A program made the translations under genes and the position numbers. Positions 59,391 to 64,000 of a stretch of 64,000 bases of DNA are shown in pieces (positions within the stretch are counted from its first letter, which is position 1; each line of letters opens with the position of its first letter). The stretch comes from an uncultured Chloroflexia bacterium (GTDB lineage Bacteria > Chloroflexota > Limnocylindria > Limnocylindrales > CSP1-4): positions 197,286-261,285 of the forward strand of contig CAWFPC010000006.1 in the NCBI GenBank assembly GCA_963817745.1, given 5' to 3'. The notes beneath the pieces were generated by a model. It made no database searches, was not told the DNA's origin, and saw only the letters and a program-made list of their open reading frames with translations.

Positions 59391-59554
59391 GTCGTCGGCG
59401 GGTGACGGGAGAGGCGACGGGGCGGGGAGACGGGCGAGGCGACGGGAACGTCGCCGGCGCGGCGACCGACTGGACCGGCGACGGGATGGGCGCCGGACCG
59501 CAACCTCGGCGTCGCCGTCCCGCACGAACCGGATGGGCTACGCTCTAGGGGCAC

Positions 59555-62249
<2,695 letters not shown>

Positions 62250-62299
62250 GACCTCCGGCGAACGGCTCGCGGGAGCGTCGCCTCCGCCGTCGGTGAGCT

Positions 62300-63509
62300 G
62301 TGCCCCATCACCTCGTTGAGGTCGGCCTCGTCTTCCTGCGGCTCGGCCTGACGTCGTTCGGCGGACCGGCGGCGCACGTCGCCCTGATGCGCGACGAGTT
62401 CGTGCGGCGGCGCGGATGGCTCGACGACGCGACGTTCGTCGATCTCGTCGGGGCGGCCAACCTCATCCCGGGGCCGACGTCCTCGGAGCTCGCGATGCAC
62501 ATCGGCCATCGACGCGCCGGCAGCGCCGGGCCTGATCGTGGCGGGCCTCGCGTTCATCCTGCCCGCGGTCGTGATCGTCGGGGTGCTCGCGTGGTGGTAC
62601 GTCGAGTCGGGTGAGCGACCGGCGGTCGAGGCCCTCCTGGCAGGGGTCGCGCCGGTCGTCGTCGCGATCGTCGCGCACGCGGGGCTCGCGATCGGCCAGG
62701 CCGCCATCCGGACGCCACGCAGCGTCGTGCTCCTGGCCGTCGCCGTGGCCGCGGCCGTCGCCGGCGTGCCGGAGATCGCGGTCCTGCTCGGGGTCGGTCT
62801 GCTGGCCGTCGCGATCGCAGCGGTCGTGGACCGCGGCCGGGGGGCCGGAGGACCGCCGGCCGCAAGCGGACCACCGCCGTCCGGACCACCGCCTGCCGGC
62901 CCGGCGCCCGCCCAGGGCGGCATCCTCGCGATCCCGTGGTCACCGGGGGTCGCCGCGGCCGTGGGGACGGCCCTGGCGGTCGCGCCGCTCGCTGTCTTCC
63001 TCGAGTTCGTCGAAGATCGGTGCCGTGCTGTTCGGGAGCGGCTACGTCCTCGTCGCGTTGCTGCGCGACGAGCTGGTCGAAGGGCTCGGCTGGATCACCG
63101 AGACGCAGCTCATCGACGCGATCGCGGTCGGCCAGGCCACCCCGGGGCCGCTGTTCTCGACCGCGACCTTCATCGGCTACCTGGTGGCCGGACCGGCCGG
63201 TGCGGTGGCGGGCACGGTCGGGATCTTCCTGCCCGCGTTCATCGCGGTCGCGGTGAGCATCCCGCTGCTCGTCCGGTTGCGCGGGTCCCGCCTGGCGCGG
63301 GCCGCGCTCGACGGCGTCAACGCGGCCGCGGTCGCGCTCCTCGTCCTCGTCGCGCTGCAGCTCGCGGTGTCGTCGCTGCGCGACCCGCTCTCCATCCTGG
63401 TCGCGCGTCGCGGCGCTGATCGCGCTCGATCCGCGGCGTCGGGACCGTCTGGCTCATCGCGGCAGGGGCCGCGATCGGGCTCATCCGGCTGGCGATCGCT
63501 CCCGCTTGA
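62300..63509 (+). CDS. chrA: Chromate transporter ChrA (two CHR domains)
   Basis: GTG start. First domain: FGGPAAHVALMRDE and IPGPTSSE. Second domain: FGSGYVLVALLRDE and QATPGPLFS. A Pro-rich linker joins them. At least 3 frame changes (~62525, ~63015, ~63410). Confidence 0.8.
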
Positions 63510-64000
63510 CCGACGCCCCGTCGTCGTGGCCGTTGGTGCCGTCGGCGTCGCGCACGAGCGCGGTCGTCCGACGCTCGCTCGGTCGCGGAGCGTCCGGTGC
63601 GGGGTGCGACCCCGTCGTCGCCCGCGGGCGGCTCGTCGACCTCGTCGCTCTCGAGGATCCGCAGCGTGAACCCGAACTCGGTCCCGCCGCCCGGTGGCTG
63701 CGCCACCCAGATCCGACCACCCATCGCCTCGGCGAGGCTGGCACACACGAAGAGGCCGATCCCGGATCCGGACACGGTCCTGGCGCTGGCCGGGTCGCGG
63801 TAGAAGAGCTCGAAGATCCGCTCGACCGAATCGTTCGGGATCCCCGGTCCGTCGTCGGTCACGCGGATCGCGACGTTGCCGTCCTCGCGTCGGGCGCTGA
63901 CGACGACCGACGTCCCGGCCGGCGTGTACTTCGCGGCGTTGCCGAGCAGGTTGCGCACGATCTGCTCGATGTACGTGTGCTCCCCGGCCACGATCGGCAG
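63481..64000 (-). CDS. Sensor histidine kinase, C-terminal HATPase part only (5' end outside window)
   Basis: Reads QIVRNLLGNAAKYTP, TDDGPGIP, GSGIGL and GGTEFGFTL. The 3' end is uncertain: the open frame runs to 63317 antisense to chrA, and another frame stops at 63481. Confidence 0.7.

Overview
Very GC-rich, gene-dense chromosomal segment. Leaderless-type promoters, F420 genes and ATGA/GTGA-coupled operons suggest Actinomycetota or a similar high-GC lineage, but I cannot place it more precisely from sequence alone. I can support about 64 protein-coding genes. I see no rRNA, tRNA, CRISPR array, transposase, integrase or recognisable defence system. Recognisable blocks, in order: (1) P-type ATPase, a CYTH-like/Ppx-GppA fusion, an Adk-like kinase and a SulP permease. 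(2) A secreted Calx-beta protein with a PT linker and two copies of a domain I cannot name. (3) A MerR regulator coupled to an MFS transporter. (4) A tightly coupled five-gene minus-strand operon: methyltransferase, FAD oxidoreductase, Nudix hydrolase, SRPBCC protein and a stand-alone ketosynthase. (5) A cell-envelope trio: LAS peptidase, Kelch lipoprotein and a LiaF-like protein. (6) An ALDH, a truncated ALDH-like protein and an SRPBCC protein. (7) Two ABC-2 exporters and several EamA/MFS transporters. (8) argC-J-B-R-G with an ARG-box-like operator, with argH displaced and inverted. (9) An F420 block: PPOX, LLM, cofD, cofC, cofE, LLM and trxB. (10) An EAL protein, MTAP, IMPase, a FEN-like exonuclease, pncA, a KdpE-like response regulator, aceE and chrA. 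Main caveat: most genes must be pieced together across +/-1 frame changes. By manual reading I count dozens, with the worst stretch at about 21.4-35.1 kb. Conserved motifs stay intact across the breaks, and central biosynthetic and metabolic genes such as argH, argJ and aceE are affected. I therefore read the breaks as assembly indel errors, not pseudogenes. Coordinates of broken genes are outer boundaries. The most interesting candidates are the ketosynthase operon, the duplicated unknown domain of the Calx-beta protein, and the CYTH-Ppx fusion and its neighbours.
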